Of a stretch of DNA of 64,000 bases, positions 20,610 to 29,542 are shown one piece after another; position 1 is the stretch's first letter; every line of letters starts with the position of its first letter. The stretch is taken from the NCBI GenBank assembly GCA_045612765.1, contig JAZKZS010000013.1:5275-69274 (forward strand). Direction: 5' to 3'. The position numbers were made by a program, and so were the translations under genes. The notes beneath the pieces were generated by a model, which was given only the letters and a program-made list of their open reading frames with translations, had not been told where the DNA came from and made no database searches. Source of the stretch: Acutalibacteraceae bacterium (GTDB taxonomy: Bacteria; Bacillota; Clostridia; Oscillospirales; Acutalibacteraceae).

Positions 20610-21319
20610 CATTTTATAAGGTTATTTAATTTTGTTTGTAATTCTTTAACAGCATTAGGGCTTGCCGCATCAAAACTCTTAAACAAAAACTCACGGTTTA
20701 AAGCATCATACTTTGTTTTACAAATTTTCTTAAAGGGCAAAAGCTCGACCATTTTCACACAGTTATGCTCTTTTACAATTTGCGCAAGCTTTAAAAGGTT
20801 AGCTTCATTATCGTTAAGGCTTGGCACAATTACCTGACGAAGCCTTACGTTTTTACCATTTAACAGCCTTAAAAATTCAAGCGGTTTTGAAAGCTGACAG
20901 CCAACATAATTTTCATAATCGGTGTTATTGGTAAACTTAATATCAAGCATTATATAGTCGCTCAATTCGATAACACGCAAAGCCGTGTCGTTTATAATAC
21001 ATCCGCTTGTGTCAAGACAGGTGTTAATGCCGTTTTGGTGGCATTTTTCGAAAATTTCGGCAACAAAGTCAGCCTGCAAAAGCGGTTCGCCGCCTGAAAT
21101 GGTTATACCGCCCTGTTCACCAAAATATTCCTTGTAGCGTATTGCTATATTTACAATTTGGTCGGCAGTGTATTCCTTCCCGCCCGACATACTTTGGGTT
21201 TCAGGGTTGTGACAATAACCGCACCTGAGAGGACAACCCTGCAAAAACACCACAAAGCGTACCCCCGGCCCATCAAGTGTGCCGAGGGTTTGTATTGAAC
21301 TTACAAAGCCACTTACCAT
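20609..21319 (-). CDS. pflA: pyruvate formate-lyase activating enzyme (radical SAM)
   Basis: GCPLRCGYCHNP CxxxCxxC motif. The ATG overlaps the pflB stop (TAATG). Confidence 0.95.
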   Translation of the reverse strand: MVSGFVSSIQTLGTLDGPGVRFVVFLQGCPLRCGYCHNPETQSMSGGKEYTADQIVNIAIRYKEYFGEQGGITISGGEPLLQADFVAEIFEKCHQNGINTCLDTSGCIINDTALRVIELSDYIMLDIKFTNNTDYENYVGCQLSKPLEFLRLLNGKNVRLRQVIVPSLNDNEANLLKLAQIVKEHNCVKMVELLPFKKICKTKYDALNREFLFKSFDAASPNAVKELQTKLNNLIK

Positions 21320-23550
21320 TATAATGCCTCATGGAAGGTACGGCTTATAACCTCTTTTTGCTGTTCCTTTGAAAGCTTATGGAAATTAACCGCATAACCC
21401 GAAACACGTATTGTAAGGTTGGGATATGATTCAGGATTATTGTAAGCTTCGATAAGTGTTTCACGGTTTAAAACGTTAACGTTAATGTGGTGCGCCATTT
21501 TTGCAAAATAACCATCAAGAATTGCAACCAAGTTTGTAATTCTTTCTTCGGGCTCACGTCCAAGGGTTTCTGGAGTGATTGAGAAGGTGTTAGAAATACC
21601 GTCACGGCAGTCGTCATAGCTTAATTTTGCAATTGAGTTAAGAGACGCCAAAGCACCGTTTTCTTCACGGTTGTGCATGGGGTTAGCACCTGGTGCAAAG
21701 GCTTGTCCCGATTTTCTGCCGTCGGGGGTTGCGCCTGTATTTTTACCATACATAACGTTTGAGGTAATAGTAAGCACTGAAAGGGTGTGTGTTGCATTAC
21801 GGTATGTAGGTGTTTTGCGAAGCTCGGTAATGGTTTTGTGGGTAATTTCCTTAGCGATAAGGTCAACCCTGTCATCATCGTTACCAAACTTGGGGAAATC
21901 GCCTTCAATATCAAAATCAACTATGTAACCCTCTTCATCACGAATTGGCTTAACCTTAGCGTACTTAATAGCGCTGAACGAGTCGGCAATAACCGAAAGA
22001 CCTGCAACACCAAACGCCATAAGACGTTCAACGTCGGTATCGTGTAATGCCATTTGTGTCTTTTCATAAGCGTATTTATCGTGCATATAATGAATTACGT
22101 TCATTGTATCAACGTAAAGCTTTGAAAGCCATGCAAGATATTTGTCAAAGCGCTTTACAACAGCCTGATAATCTAAAACGTCTCCCTGCACAACGTGTGA
22201 TTTGGGGCCAATTTCAATACCGCTTGTGGTGTCAAAGCCACCATTCAAAGCGATAAGCAATAATTTAGGCAAATTACATCTTGCGCCGAAGAACTGCATT
22301 TGCTTACCAACACGCATTGCAGATACACAGCAAGCAATAGCATAATCATCACCGTAAATGGGGCGCATTAAATCATCGTTTTCATACTGAATAGAGTCAG
22401 TATCAGCCGAAACCTTAGCGCAAAAACGCTTAAAGCCGTCGGGCAAAGCGGTTGACCAAAGCACAGTAAGGTTAGGCTCGGGTGATGAGCCAAGTGTGTA
22501 TAAGGTATTTAAAATTCTAAAGCTGCTCTTGGTAACAAGAGTTCTGCCATCTTCACCCATACCGCCTACAGCTTCGGTAATCCACATTGGGTCGCCGCCG
22601 AAAAGCTCGTTATATTCAGGTGTGCGAAGGTGACGAGCCATACGAAGCTTCATTACGAAGTCGTCAATAATTTCCTGTGCGCCTTCTTCAGTAAGGGTAC
22701 CGTTTTTAAGGTCACGTTCAATATAAATATCAAAGAAGGTCGCAACACGGCCAAGTGACATTGCCGCACCGTTTTGTTCTTTAATAGCACCAAGGTAAGC
22801 AAAATATGTCCATTGAACAGCTTCCTTTGTGTTACTTGCGGGACCGCTTATATCAAAACCGTAAATCTTCGCCATTTCTTTCATATATTCCAAAAAGCGA
22901 ATTTGCTGATATAATTCTTCACCTAAACGAATTTGTTCGGTTTTATAATCCCCTTTTTCTAAATTTAATTTATCCTTACGCTTTTCTTCAATAAGGCGGT
23001 CAACACCGTAAAGTGCAACACGGCGATAGTCACCAATAATACGGCCACGGCCGTAAGCATCAGGAAGACCTGTTATTACGTGGCTGCGACGTGCTTGACG
23101 CATTTCGGTAGTATAAGCACGAAAAACACCGTCGTTATGTGTAGTACGGTACTGAAATTCATTTTCAATTTTGTCAGACAACTTATAACCGTAAGCCTCG
23201 CAAGCTTGACGTGCCATACGAATACCACCAAAGGGATTAATGCCACGGCGAAGCGGACTGTCGGTTTGCAAACCAACAATAATTTCGTTTTCCTTATCCA
23301 AATAACCTGCAGAGTATGCCGCAAGCGATGAAACAGTTTGTGTGTCAATATCTAACACACCGCCGGCTTGACGTTCAGCCTTGAAAAGCTCGTTAAGCTT
23401 TTTCATAAGCTCGGTTGTTCTTTCAGTTGCACCTGCCAAAAACTCATCGTTTCCTAAATATTCGGTGTAGTTTTGTTGAATAAAATCCCTAACGTTAATT
23501 TCATCCTGCCATACACCTGTTTTAAAACCATTCCAATTTTCACTATACAT
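21319..23550 (-). CDS. pflB: formate C-acetyltransferase (pyruvate formate-lyase)
   Basis: 743 aa with active-site ACCVSAM and glycyl-radical motif [11 protein letters not shown]. Confidence 0.95.
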   Translation of the reverse strand: MYSENWNGFKTGVWQDEINVRDFIQQNYTEYLGNDEFLAGATERTTELMKKLNELFKAERQAGGVLDIDTQTVSSLAAYSAGYLDKENEIIVGLQTDSPLRRGINPFGGIRMARQACEAYGYKLSDKIENEFQYRTTHNDGVFRAYTTEMRQARRSHVITGLPDAYGRGRIIGDYRRVALYGVDRLIEEKRKDKLNLEKGDYKTEQIRLGEELYQQIRFLEYMKEMAKIYGFDISGPASNTKEAVQWTYFAYLGAIKEQNGAAMSLGRVATFFDIYIERDLKNGTLTEEGAQEIIDDFVMKLRMARHLRTPEYNELFGGDPMWITEAVGGMGEDGRTLVTKSSFRILNTLYTLGSSPEPNLTVLWSTALPDGFKRFCAKVSADTDSIQYENDDLMRPIYGDDYAIACCVSAMRVGKQMQFFGARCNLPKLLLIALNGGFDTTSGIEIGPKSHVVQGDVLDYQAVVKRFDKYLAWLSKLYVDTMNVIHYMHDKYAYEKTQMALHDTDVERLMAFGVAGLSVIADSFSAIKYAKVKPIRDEEGYIVDFDIEGDFPKFGNDDDRVDLIAKEITHKTITELRKTPTYRNATHTLSVLTITSNVMYGKNTGATPDGRKSGQAFAPGANPMHNREENGALASLNSIAKLSYDDCRDGISNTFSITPETLGREPEERITNLVAILDGYFAKMAHHINVNVLNRETLIEAYNNPESYPNLTIRVSGYAVNFHKLSKEQQKEVISRTFHEAL

Positions 23551-23564
23551 TTAAAATTCCTCCA

Positions 23565-23597
23565 TAAAAAAGGCAATTCAGTAAGAACTGAATTGCC
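23565..23597 (-). promoter_or_regulatory. terminator-like hairpin in the pflB 5' leader (candidate attenuator)
   Basis: Minus strand has an 11-bp perfect stem GGCAATTCAGT/ACTGAATTGCC with loop TCTT. It is followed by T6, then immediately ATGGAGG (SD) and the ATG at 23550. Confidence 0.45.
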
Positions 23598-23672
23598 CAG
23601 ACGGTCGACATAACTATCAATGCAATTCCCGTGGTTATATCCACAATCCGTCAGTCTTGCACTGTATAGTAT

Positions 23673-23701
23673 ATTGTATATCATACCACCAATTTTGTCA
23701 A
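23673..23701 (-). promoter_or_regulatory. sigma-A type promoter for pflB-pflA
   Basis: Minus strand reads TTGACA, a 17-nt spacer, then TACAAT. This predicts a leader of roughly 115 nt. Confidence 0.6.
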
Positions 23702-23835
23702 TATGTATTATTGACTAAAAAGCTAGCGAAGAACGCCCTAACCGATAGCTAAATTTATCAATACGGCAAACTTTCAACTGCATTTCTACACCTTAATATT
23801 TTTAAAATATGCTATATAAAAAATCAAATAAATAC

Positions 23836-23864
23836 ATTGATATTTTTAAATCAATATGTTAAAA
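23836..23864 (+). promoter_or_regulatory. sigma-A type promoter for the ACT/UPF0210 operon
   Basis: TTGATA, a 17-nt spacer ending in TGT, then TAAAAT. Confidence 0.5.
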
Positions 23865-23894
23865 TACAAATAATTATTTCTAAAGGGTGATTTT

Positions 23895-24164
23895 ATGAAA
23901 ACTGTTATTTCGGTTATCGGTAAAGATGCTGTTGGCATTACTGCAAAGGTAAGCGGTCTTTGCGGCGAATGTAACGCCAATATTTTAGACATTACACAAT
24001 CCGTTTTGCAGGATATGTTCGTAATGGTTATGCTTACCGAAATTAAAGACCTTAACTGCACTTTTGCTGAATTTTCAGACAAAATGAAGGTGCTTGGCAA
24101 GGCAAATAATCTTGATATTCGTGTTATGCACGAAGATATTTTTAATTCAATGCACAGAATTTAA
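23895..24164 (+). CDS. ACT domain-containing protein (UPF0237-like)
   Basis: 89 aa starting [21 protein letters not shown]...NILDITQ. Precedes a UPF0210 gene, as in the conserved pair. Confidence 0.8.
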   Translation: MKTVISVIGKDAVGITAKVSGLCGECNANILDITQSVLQDMFVMVMLTEIKDLNCTFAEFSDKMKVLGKANNLDIRVMHEDIFNSMHRI

Positions 24165-24175
24165 GAGGGGTAAAA

Positions 24176-25534
24176 ATGATTAATATTCATGATATAATGG
24201 AAACCATTAATATGATTTCCGAAGAAAATCTTGATATCCGTACTATAACTATGGGTATTTCGCTTTTGGACTGCTGTGACAGCGACCCCGAAAAAGCCTG
24301 TGAAAAGATTTATAACAAAATAACCCGTCTTGCAGGCAACCTTGTAAAAACGGGTGAAGATATTGAAAAGGAATACGGTATTCCGATTATTAACAAGCGT
24401 ATTTCGGTTACCCCAATTTCTATGATTATCGCCTCATCAGGCGGCGACCCTGTTATGTACGCTAAAACTCTTCAACGTGCGGCTGATGCCACAGGCGTTA
24501 ACTTTATAGGTGGTTTTTCAGCACTTGTACATAAGGGCTTTTCAGCAGGTGATGAAGCGCTTATTCGTTCTATTCCCCGTGCTTTAGCCGAAACCACAAA
24601 CGTTTGCTCAAGCGTTAATATCGGCTCAACCAAAGCGGGCATTAATATGGATGCCGTAAAACTCATGGGCCAAATTGTACGTGAAGCGGCTGAAATTACA
24701 GCCGACCGTGAATGTATTGGTTGTGCTAAATTGGTTGTATTTTGCAACGCTGTTGAAGATAATCCCTTTATGGCGGGCGCTTTCCACGGTGTAGGCGAGC
24801 CTGACTGTGTTATTCACGTTGGTGTATCGGGCCCCGGTGTTGTTCAGGCTGCGATTAAAAAACACCCCGATGCAACCCTCGGTGAATTGGCCGAAATTAT
24901 TAAACGCACCGCATTTAAAATTACAAGAATGGGTCAGTTAGTTGGTACCGAAGCATCCCGTCGCTTGGGCGTACCCTTTGGTATTGTTGACTTACCTCTT
25001 GCACCCACACCCGCTGTTGGTGACTCGGTTGCCCATATTTTAGAGGAAATGGGTCTTGATAGCTGTGGTATTCACGGCACAACCGCCGCCTTAGCAATGC
25101 TTAACGACGCCGTAAAAAAGGGTGGCGTTATGGCGTCATCCTACGTTGGCGGTCTTTCGGGTGCGTTTATCCCCGTTAGTGAAGATGCAGGCATGATTGC
25201 TGCTGCCCGTTCGGGTGATTTGTCACTTCAAAAGCTTGAAGCAATGACTGCTGTATGCTCGGTTGGTTTGGATATGATTGTTATCCCCGGTGAAACCCCT
25301 GCTGAAGTTATTTCAGCAATCATTGCCGACGAAGCCGCAATTGGTATGGTTAACTCAAAAACCACTGCTGTTCGTGTTATTCCCGCAATTGGCAAGCAAA
25401 GGGGTGAAGAGCTTGACTTTGGTGGTCTTTTGGGCTCTGGTCCGATTATGGACGTTAACCTTCAAAAGCTTCCTACTAAGTTTATTGACCGTGCAGGTCG
25501 TATTCCCGCACCACTTCAAAGCCTTAAAAACTAA
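24176..25534 (+). CDS. PFL-family / UPF0210 (DUF711) protein
   Basis: 452 aa with [13 protein letters not shown]... and ...[10 protein letters not shown], characteristic of UPF0210. Confidence 0.85.
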   Translation: MINIHDIMETINMISEENLDIRTITMGISLLDCCDSDPEKACEKIYNKITRLAGNLVKTGEDIEKEYGIPIINKRISVTPISMIIASSGGDPVMYAKTLQRAADATGVNFIGGFSALVHKGFSAGDEALIRSIPRALAETTNVCSSVNIGSTKAGINMDAVKLMGQIVREAAEITADRECIGCAKLVVFCNAVEDNPFMAGAFHGVGEPDCVIHVGVSGPGVVQAAIKKHPDATLGELAEIIKRTAFKITRMGQLVGTEASRRLGVPFGIVDLPLAPTPAVGDSVAHILEEMGLDSCGIHGTTAALAMLNDAVKKGGVMASSYVGGLSGAFIPVSEDAGMIAAARSGDLSLQKLEAMTAVCSVGLDMIVIPGETPAEVISAIIADEAAIGMVNSKTTAVRVIPAIGKQRGEELDFGGLLGSGPIMDVNLQKLPTKFIDRAGRIPAPLQSLKN

Positions 25535-25550
25535 GCTAATTAATAAAACC

Positions 25551-25584
25551 AAAAGCCCATCCGTCTGGATGGGCTTTAAATTTT
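25551..25584 (+). terminator. terminator after the UPF0210 gene
   Basis: Stem AGCCCATCC/GGATGGGCT with loop GTCT at 25554-25575, then TTAAATTTT. Confidence 0.65.
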
Positions 25585-25594
25585 GCAATTTTCA

Positions 25595-25611
25595 GGGTTC
25601 GAATCCCCGAT
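25595..25611 (+). repeat. 17-nt inverted copy of the tRNA-Lys T-arm (tRNA fragment)
   Basis: GGGTTCGAATCCCCGAT is the exact reverse complement of 25675-25691, inside the intact tRNA-Lys. No acceptor or anticodon arms are present around it. Confidence 0.7.
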
Positions 25612-25628
25612 TATTTTTTAACAAAAAT

Positions 25629-25665
25629 AAAAAACCGAAACAACCAAATGGTCGTTTCGGTTTTT
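25629..25665 (-). terminator. terminator downstream of tRNA-Lys (symmetrical)
   Basis: 9-bp stem AACCGAAAC/GTTTCGGTT with a 12-nt loop, flanked by an A-run and a T-run. Confidence 0.65.
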
Positions 25666-25741
25666 TGGTGATCCATCGGGGATTCGAACCCCGGACACCT
25701 TGATTAAAAGTCAAGTGCTCTACCGTCTGAGCTAATGAATC
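25666..25741 (-). tRNA. tRNA-Lys (anticodon UUU), CCA encoded
   Basis: Minus strand has GATTCAT...ATGGATC followed by A-CCA, D-arm AGCTCAGACGGTAGAGC, anticodon stem-loop CTTGA-CTTTTAA-TCAAG and T-arm CGGGGTTCGAATCCCCG. Length is 76 nt. Confidence 0.9.
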
Positions 25742-25758
25742 ATTTAGACAGCTTTAAT

Positions 25759-25787
25759 ATTATACCAAGCTATGCCTAAATTGTCAA
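25759..25787 (-). promoter_or_regulatory. consensus sigma-A promoter for tRNA-Lys
   Basis: Minus strand reads TTGACA, a 17-nt spacer, then TATAAT. Confidence 0.65.
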
Positions 25788-25813
25788 CTATAATTTTAAA
25801 TTTATTTGAAAAT

Positions 25814-26086
25814 TTATTTGAAAAAATTAAAATAAATTATTGCTGAAACTGCAATTTCAAGCATTACTATAACCGGTATTCCCACCATAAACTTATTTTT
25901 GCGTGTTTTGTGGCGAATTATTCGCATTGCCGCATACATTGCAATACCACCGCCAATGCTTGCAAGTATCATTAACGCCTTTTCGCTTATGCGCCTTTTT
26001 CCATTGCGGGCGGCTGTTTTATCCAACATAACCGCAAAAATAGAAATTATGCTTATTGTTAAAATATATATTATAAAATATTCCAT
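25814..26086 (-). CDS. DUF1294 small membrane protein
   Basis: 90 aa containing DKTAARNGKRRISEKALMILASIGGGIAMYAAMRIIRHKTRK, typical DUF1294. Confidence 0.75.
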   Translation of the reverse strand: MEYFIIYILTISIISIFAVMLDKTAARNGKRRISEKALMILASIGGGIAMYAAMRIIRHKTRKNKFMVGIPVIVMLEIAVSAIIYFNFFK

Positions 26087-26123
26087 AAACTAAACTTCCG
26101 TTTTTTTATTTAATATACCACAC

Positions 26124-26816
26124 CTAAACCGCTTTTTCAATTTGTTTTTTCAACTTTGAAATTATTCTTTTTTCAAGGCGAGATATATACGACTGCGAAA
26201 TGCCCAAACAGTCGGCAACTTCCTTTTGGGTATATTCCTCGTACCCGTTCATACCAAAGCGCATTTCCATAATTTGCTTTTCACGCGGCGTTAATCCATT
26301 TACAAATCCGTTTAAAATCACACGTTCGTCCTCTTGCTCTACCCCACGTCCAACCTCGTCGCTTTCACTGCCTAAAACGTCTGACAGTAACAGCTCGTTA
26401 CCATCCCAATCAATATTAAGTGGCTCATCAATTGAAATTTCATTTTTTTGTGTTGCATTTTTTCTTAAATACATTAAAATTTCGTTTTCAATACAGCGCG
26501 ACGCATAGGTAGCAAGCTTTATATTTCGGTCAAGACAAAAGGTATTTACCGCCTTTATAAGCCCGATTGTACCAATTGAAATTAAATCTTCAATATTTGT
26601 GTTGGGTGCTTCAAACTTTCTGGCAATATACACCACAAGCCTTAAATTATGCACAATTAAAATATCCTTGGCTTTTTTATCATCACGAGAAAGTAAAATT
26701 GCTTCTTCGTCGGCATTAAGTGGGGGTGGCAGTGTTTGCGCCCCGTTTATGTAATGTGTAGGCTTAATAAAACCAAGCTTAATCAAAAAGCTGTAAAACA
26801 GCATTTTTATTTTCAT
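26124..26816 (-). CDS. sigE: sporulation sigma factor SigE (pro-sigma-E)
   Basis: Pro-sequence [19 protein letters not shown]... then [10 protein letters not shown], followed by sigma-70 regions 2 and 4. It follows spoIIGA directly. The ATG at 26816 lies 5 nt after AGGGTGA. Confidence 0.9.
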   Translation of the reverse strand: MKIKMLFYSFLIKLGFIKPTHYINGAQTLPPPLNADEEAILLSRDDKKAKDILIVHNLRLVVYIARKFEAPNTNIEDLISIGTIGLIKAVNTFCLDRNIKLATYASRCIENEILMYLRKNATQKNEISIDEPLNIDWDGNELLLSDVLGSESDEVGRGVEQEDERVILNGFVNGLTPREKQIMEMRFGMNGYEEYTQKEVADCLGISQSYISRLEKRIISKLKKQIEKAV

Positions 26817-26821
26817 AAATA

Positions 26822-27649
26822 TCACCCTAAAACCTTTGGATTAATTATTGCTTCGCCGTCGGAAAGCTTTGTTTTTGAAACGGCAAGTATAGGGTGTGAA
26901 AGTGTAATTTTTCGGTTTTCAAAATTTATTACCGCCTTATCACAACGCACCCCTTCTAAAACGTCCATACCCATTACCGTACTACATGGCAAAAGCCTGT
27001 AACGGCTTTTAAGCTTTTCATCTTCCTTTATATCCTTAACGCAAAACAGCCTTTTTAATATTGCATTATCACAAATTATAATTTCGCCACGCGAAAATAC
27101 GTCTTCAATAGAATTTCCCGTATCAACAATAGCTGAAAACTCTATCGATTCTCCGTCAGCAAAAGCGGTTATATTGCACCTTTTGGCAGTTATTGCCTTG
27201 CGTGAGAATATATGAAACAAAACCGAAAAGCCAATATACCCCAAAACCGTAAAAACTATTAACTGCAAAAGAGAAATATTAAAATAAACAACCGAATTAT
27301 TTATAACCATGCCCTTAGGCGAAAATAAAAGCCATACGGCATACATAATACCGCCATAGCCAACCGTTACCCCAAAAAGCAAGGCCACACTTTTTAAAAA
27401 TGCTTTAATACCGCTAAAGCCAAAAGCCACAAAACACATAACCCCGCAAACTAAAAATTTTAAAACCCCATCAACCAATGGGTTAAGCGGCGGCAAAAAT
27501 ATGTAAAGTGATGAAATCGCACCTAAAAATGCCGACAACACAAGCCTTAAGGTTTTTGGACTTTTTCTTAATATTTTGGATACGGCAAGCAGCAAAAAAT
27601 AATTAACAATTAAATTTAAAAAAACCAAAACATCTGCATAAACAATCAA
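26822..27649 (-). CDS. spoIIGA: sigma-E processing peptidase SpoIIGA
   Basis: Five N-terminal TM helices and a C-terminal aspartic protease region (AIVDTGNS). The TTG at 27649 ([13 protein letters not shown]...) lies 5 nt after GGGGTGG and downstream of a TATAAT, so I prefer it to 27676. Confidence 0.85.
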   Translation of the reverse strand: MIVYADVLVFLNLIVNYFLLLAVSKILRKSPKTLRLVLSAFLGAISSLYIFLPPLNPLVDGVLKFLVCGVMCFVAFGFSGIKAFLKSVALLFGVTVGYGGIMYAVWLLFSPKGMVINNSVVYFNISLLQLIVFTVLGYIGFSVLFHIFSRKAITAKRCNITAFADGESIEFSAIVDTGNSIEDVFSRGEIIICDNAILKRLFCVKDIKEDEKLKSRYRLLPCSTVMGMDVLEGVRCDKAVINFENRKITLSHPILAVSKTKLSDGEAIINPKVLG

Positions 27650-27667
27650 TAAAACCACCCCAAAACG

Positions 27668-27728
27668 ATTATACAATACCTAAATTAAAAAAATTGTCGT
27701 TTATAAGTGGCACAAAAAATTTACGACT
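27668..27728 (-). promoter_or_regulatory. candidate spoIIG-type promoter with Spo0A-box-like motifs
   Basis: Minus strand has TATAAT at 27673..27668 and a -35-like ACGACA at 27700..27695, with an unusually long 21-nt spacer. Two 5/7 matches to the 0A box TGTCGAA lie at 27695-27701 and 27722-27728. Confidence 0.3.
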
Positions 27729-27771
27729 AATTATTTAAAAGCCGGAATATTATAAAATTATGTTTAATTAA

Positions 27772-27810
27772 TAAAACAAAAAACTCCTGCCCTTTCGGAC
27801 AGGAGTTTTA
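27772..27810 (-). terminator. terminator after gap
   Basis: Stem AAACTCCTG/CAGGAGTTT around CCCTTTCGGA. On the minus strand it is followed by TTTGTTTT. Confidence 0.7.
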
Positions 27811-27831
27811 TAAGCATTTTAAAACCTAAAA

Positions 27832-28863
27832 TTAGATTTCAGCGAAGTACTTAATGGTGCGAACCATTTGGCTGGTGTAGCTGTTTTCGTTGTCATACCA
27901 AGAAACAACTTGTACTTCATAAAGGTCGTCAGCAATCTTAGCTACCATTGTTTGAGTAGCATCGAAGAGAGAACCGTAACGCATACCGATAACGTCAGAA
28001 GAAACGATTTGATCTTCATTGTAACCGAAAGAATCAGAAGCAGCAGCCTTCATAGCAGCGTTGATGCCTTCCTTAGTTACGTCAGTACCCTTAACAACAG
28101 CGGTAAGGATAGTGGTAGAACCGGTAGCAACAGGAACACGTTGAGCAGAGCCGATGAGCTTGCCGTTGAGTTCAGGAATTACAAGACCGATAGCCTTAGC
28201 AGCGCCGGTGCTGTTAGGAACGATGTTAGCAGCGCCTGCACGTGCACGACGAAGGTCACCCTTTCTGTGAGGACCGTCAAGAATCATTTGGTCGCCGGTG
28301 TAAGCGTGAATGGTGCTCATGATACCGCTTTGGATAGCAGCATAATCGTTAAGAGCCTTAGCCATAGGAGCGAGGCAGTTAGTTGTGCAAGAAGCAGCAG
28401 AAATGATAGTATCTTCTTTGGTGAGGATGTCTTCATTTACGCTGAATACAACTGTGGGAAGATCGTTGCCTGCGGGAGCAGAAATAACAACCTTCTTAGC
28501 ACCTGCATCGATGTGAGCCTGTGACTTTTCTTTTGAGCAGTAGAAACCGGTGCATTCGAGAACTACGTCAACACCGAGTTCGCCCCAAGGAAGATCCTTA
28601 GCGTCTTTTTCAGCATAGATTTTGAGAGTTTTGCCGTCAACAGTGATTGTGCCGGCTTCATCATCAGCAGCTACGGTGTGAAGATTTTCACCGATGTAAC
28701 CGCAGTAGCCACCTTGAGCGGTGTCATACTTGAGAAGATTTGCGAGCATTGAGGGCTTTGTAAGGTCGTTGATAGCTACTACATCGTAACCTTCAGCACC
28801 AAACATTTGACGGAATGCGAGACGACCGATACGGCCGAAACCATTAATTGCAACTTTAACCAT
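27832..28863 (-). CDS. gap: type I glyceraldehyde-3-phosphate dehydrogenase
   Basis: INGFGRIGR at the N-terminus, active site SCTTNCLAP and WYDNE. Confidence 0.95.
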   Translation of the reverse strand: MVKVAINGFGRIGRLAFRQMFGAEGYDVVAINDLTKPSMLANLLKYDTAQGGYCGYIGENLHTVAADDEAGTITVDGKTLKIYAEKDAKDLPWGELGVDVVLECTGFYCSKEKSQAHIDAGAKKVVISAPAGNDLPTVVFSVNEDILTKEDTIISAASCTTNCLAPMAKALNDYAAIQSGIMSTIHAYTGDQMILDGPHRKGDLRRARAGAANIVPNSTGAAKAIGLVIPELNGKLIGSAQRVPVATGSTTILTAVVKGTDVTKEGINAAMKAAASDSFGYNEDQIVSSDVIGMRYGSLFDATQTMVAKIADDLYEVQVVSWYDNENSYTSQMVRTIKYFAEI

Positions 28864-29002
28864 TGGAATATACCTCCTAATATTTTTACTTTTATATTTT
28901 ACATTATTTGTGCAATTATTTCAAGTGGTTTGTTTATTTTTTAACAATTTTTTTAAAATTTAGATATTTTGGCATAATAACAAAGTGTCAGGAGGGCGTT
29001 AT

Positions 29003-29542
29003 TTGATAGATTTGCCAAATAGTTTTGAAAGATATCTCAATAATTTACGGATTTACACATCAATTTCAATATTAAATCACGGACTTTTGCCGCGCCATAT
29101 TGAAAACCTTAAAAAAATTTACCTTGCCGAAGGTTTTTTATTCAGAAAACATAAACAACCAATAGATTTGAAATTTTTAAGTTTTAATTTGCTTTGCTGT
29201 GTTAATACAGTTAAAAAGTTTGATTTTCAAGTTAAGGCTACCCAAAAAACTATGATTAATTCGCACCTATACACAGCACTGCTTTTAACATTGGCAAAAG
29301 ACACGTCACATTTAAAAATTGAATTCAAAAACGGAATTATAATTAAAGGTGCAGGTGAAATAAAATACAGCCGTAAGATAATTGCTCATCTTGACGGCTG
29401 TAGCTTTTTTGACATAAAAACTATGCACTATTTAATTTATGTACCCTGCACCGAAACCAGCCTTTTTCCCATACCAACCATTAGCCAATGGGAACTTTTA
29501 TTCGATAAATTTTCGGTGTTTAACTTATTTATAAATCCTTAA
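29003..29542 (+). CDS. hypothetical protein (179 aa)
   Basis: ORF 28985..29542. The TTG at 29003 lies 7 nt after AGGAGG, with an extended -10 (TGGCATAAT) upstream. I recognise no family. Its 3' end overlaps the convergent FAD gene by 14 nt. Confidence 0.45.
   Translation: MIDLPNSFERYLNNLRIYTSISILNHGLLPRHIENLKKIYLAEGFLFRKHKQPIDLKFLSFNLLCCVNTVKKFDFQVKATQKTMINSHLYTALLLTLAKDTSHLKIEFKNGIIIKGAGEIKYSRKIIAHLDGCSFFDIKTMHYLIYVPCTETSLFPIPTISQWELLFDKFSVFNLFINP

Noticed and set aside
23846-24100. 84-aa minus-strand ORF, and 23454..23684 (76 aa)
   Set aside because: The first is antisense to the ACT-domain gene and its promoter. The second spans the pflB start, leader and promoter.
25278-25703. 141-aa plus-strand ORF
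   Set aside because: It is an alternative frame of the UPF0210 gene. It continues through two terminators and into the tRNA-Lys gene.
25800-25823. Tandem duplication of ATTTATTTGAAA (2 units)
   Set aside because: There are only two AT-rich units, and they straddle the DUF1294 stop codon. This is most simply a slippage duplicate.
27868-28524. 218-aa ORF antisense to gap
   Set aside because: It lies wholly inside a highly conserved gap gene on the other strand and has no SD. Its Ser/Arg/Val-rich composition is typical of the reverse frame of a codon-biased gene.
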